This document shows, one piece after another, positions 63,830-64,000 of a DNA stretch of 64,000 nucleotides (position 1 is its first letter; each line of letters starts with the position of its first letter). The DNA lies in NCBI RefSeq assembly GCF_964204865.1, contig NC_135254.1:10664001-10728000 (forward strand), written 5' to 3'. The notes under the pieces are model-generated. The model was not told the origin of the DNA, ran no database searches, and saw nothing but the letters and a program-made list of their open reading frames with translations. Position numbers and translations under genes: made by a program. Source of the DNA: Styela clava. Lineage: Eukaryota.

Positions 63830-64000
63830 TGGGATGGATGTTATCAGGGTAAAGAAACCATTATAAAAGAAACCATTAGCAGCCTAGATCACGTTATGCG
63901 AGTTATACAAATCCAGATCCATCTTCGCCATATTTAACAAAACGCATCAGCAGATGACGTCACTACACTTGACTTGCCTTTTTAAAACATCCGAATTTTA
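63830..64000 (-). other. 3' flank of a further B copy (B3) predicted just beyond the window
   Basis: Matches the sequence immediately downstream of the B1 and B2 stop codons (e.g. GATCACGTTATGCGAGTTATACAAATCCAGATCC, also at about 34910). Confidence 0.65.

Noticed and set aside
1-64000. Prokaryotic features (CRISPR arrays, operons) and rRNA/tRNA genes
   Set aside because: Spliceosomal exon-intron structure throughout; no repeat-spacer array or recognisable structural RNA seen by eye.

Overview
AT-rich, intron-containing animal genomic DNA. An invertebrate such as a tunicate is plausible, but this is a guess from composition, short introns and MITE content. The window is a tandem array of about 2.5 copies of a 23-31 kb, four-gene cassette, rebuilt here by hand from GT-AG splice sites and exon phases. 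Gene A (- strand) is a type I receptor: signal peptide, C-type lectin domain (CTL), thrombospondin type-1 repeat(s) (TSP1), Ser/Thr stalk, TM and a long tail with ITIM/ITSM motifs. Gene V (+ strand, head-to-head with A) is a secreted vWA (intact MIDAS) + FN3-like protein. Gene B (- strand) has a closely similar CTL/TSP1 ectodomain but an unrelated short tail with YEEI/YEEM/YxN activating-type motifs. Gene C (- strand) is a decayed third CTL receptor with its own tyrosine-motif tail. Order: A0(partial)-V1-B1-C1-A1-V2-B2-C2-A2-V3, with B3 expected beyond the right edge. Copies differ by nonsense mutations, domain deletions, patchwork sequence exchange and many copy-specific MITE, hAT, LTR and retroposed insertions. 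Main hypothesis: a paired inhibitory/activating C-type lectin receptor locus with a linked secreted vWA partner, evolving by birth-and-death. All gene models are predictions; no expression data or database searches were available.
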